A stretch of DNA of 64,000 bases. It comes from Callorhinchus milii (taxonomy: Eukaryota). Below, piece after piece: positions 62,888-64,000 of the stretch; position 1 is the first letter of the stretch, and every line of letters starts with the position of its first letter. The stretch spans positions 46,316,001 through 46,380,000 of the forward strand of contig NW_024704743.1 in the NCBI RefSeq assembly GCF_018977255.1. The letters run 5' to 3'. The position numbers and the translations under genes are program-made. Under the pieces are notes generated by a model. It saw nothing but the letters and a program-made list of their open reading frames with translations. It was not told where the DNA came from and searched no databases.

Positions 62888-63878
62888 ACAACAACAACAA
62901 CAACAACAACAAGATTCCATTTATAAAGCGCCTTTCACGTCAGGAGGACGTCCCAAGGCGCTGCACAGTTGGGTCATGACCCGAGCAGGGGGGAAATGGT
63001 CAGGGTGAGGGAAGGGAGGGAGCGAGGAGGGGGGAAATGGTCAGGGTGAGGGGAGGGAAGGGAGGGAGCGAGGAGGGGGAAGAGAGTCAAGAGGGGAGCT
63101 GAAGGCTCAGTCAAAGAGAAAGGTTTTGAGACCGGCCTTGAAGGAGGAAAGGGAGGAAGCAAGGCGAAGGCACTGGGGGATGGAGTTCCAGAGCCTCGGG
63201 GCTGAGAGGCTGAAGGCCCGACCACCGATGGTAGGGCGGTTGGGGCGGGGGACGTGGAGCAGACCGGAGCCAGAGGAACGGAGGGTACGGCAGGTAGGTA
63301 GGGGGATAGTAGGTTGGAGAGGTAGGAGGGAGCAAGGCCGTGAATGGCCTTGTAGGTGAGGATGAGGATTTGAAATCAATCCTCTGGGGGATGGGGAGCC
63401 AGTGGAGGCGAGCGAGGGTGGGAGTGATGTGGTCCCGAAGCCTGGTGCGGGACAGTACACGAGCTGCAGAGTTCTGAATGACCTGCAGCTTGTGGAGGGA
63501 GGTGGCGGGAAGGCCGGCGAGGAGAGAGTTCCCATAGTCCAGCCTTGAGGTGACAAAGGCGTGAACCAGGGTTTCAGCCGCGTGAGGGGTGAGGTAGTGC
63601 CGTAGTCTGGCGATGTTCCGGAGGTGATGGAAGGCGGTGCCAGTTGTGGTGCGGATGTGAGGGAGAAAGGACAGCTCAGGGTCGAACAAAACGCCGAGGT
63701 TCCTGACTGGCTTTGAGAGGTGGAGAGTGCAGCCTTGGATGCTGATGGTGTCAGCGCCTGAGGTGCGGAGGCGCTGACGTGAGCCAATCAGGAGGGCCTC
63801 GGTTTTTCGCACGTTGAGCTGAAGAAAGTTGTCTCTCGTCCAGGACTCGATGTCGGACAGGCAGACTGTCATTGAGGT
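62888..63878 (-). mobile_element. Young L2 LINE 3' fragment (RT C-terminus, 3'UTR, (CAA)n tail)
   Basis: 253-aa ORF CLSDIESWTRDNFLQLNVRKTE...LHWLPIPQRIDFK. (CAA)n at 62888-62911. Confidence 0.95.
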
Positions 63879-64000
63879 GAATTTACGATCTCACTTGGAC
63901 AATTTTGCTTAACCAATTTTAACATGAGGGAAAGTGGGACCGTTTAAGTGGAAAGTTCTGTTGAAATTCCCATGGAACACTACCTCACAGGTAGCATTCT

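Overview
Eukaryotic, repeat-rich vertebrate DNA, very probably a cartilaginous fish. SacSINE1-like DeuSINEs, a Penelope-type hairpin repeat, CR1/L2 LINEs and a SINE tail ATCAAATGCAAGGATTATT that I associate with holocephalans point to this; it is a recollection-based inference. The window looks like intronic sequence of a large + strand gene, with one well-supported internal coding exon (13596-13769, 58 codons, gene not recognised). Most long ORFs in the track are decayed L2/CR1 retrotransposon fragments or noise. The most notable structures are: (1) a ~99%-identical 1.2-kb inverted duplication (19396-20609 / 21964-23178) with a fold-back hairpin at its junction; (2) two short Penelope-like insertions carrying a minimal hammerhead-ribozyme-like core, one with 50-bp inverted arms and an 11-bp target-site duplication; (3) reciprocal SINE/L2 nesting and a SINE that captured an internal L2 3'UTR fragment; (4) an unclassified non-coding repeat family with a shared 3' end. 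Repeat boundaries are read by eye and are approximate unless a junction is quoted.
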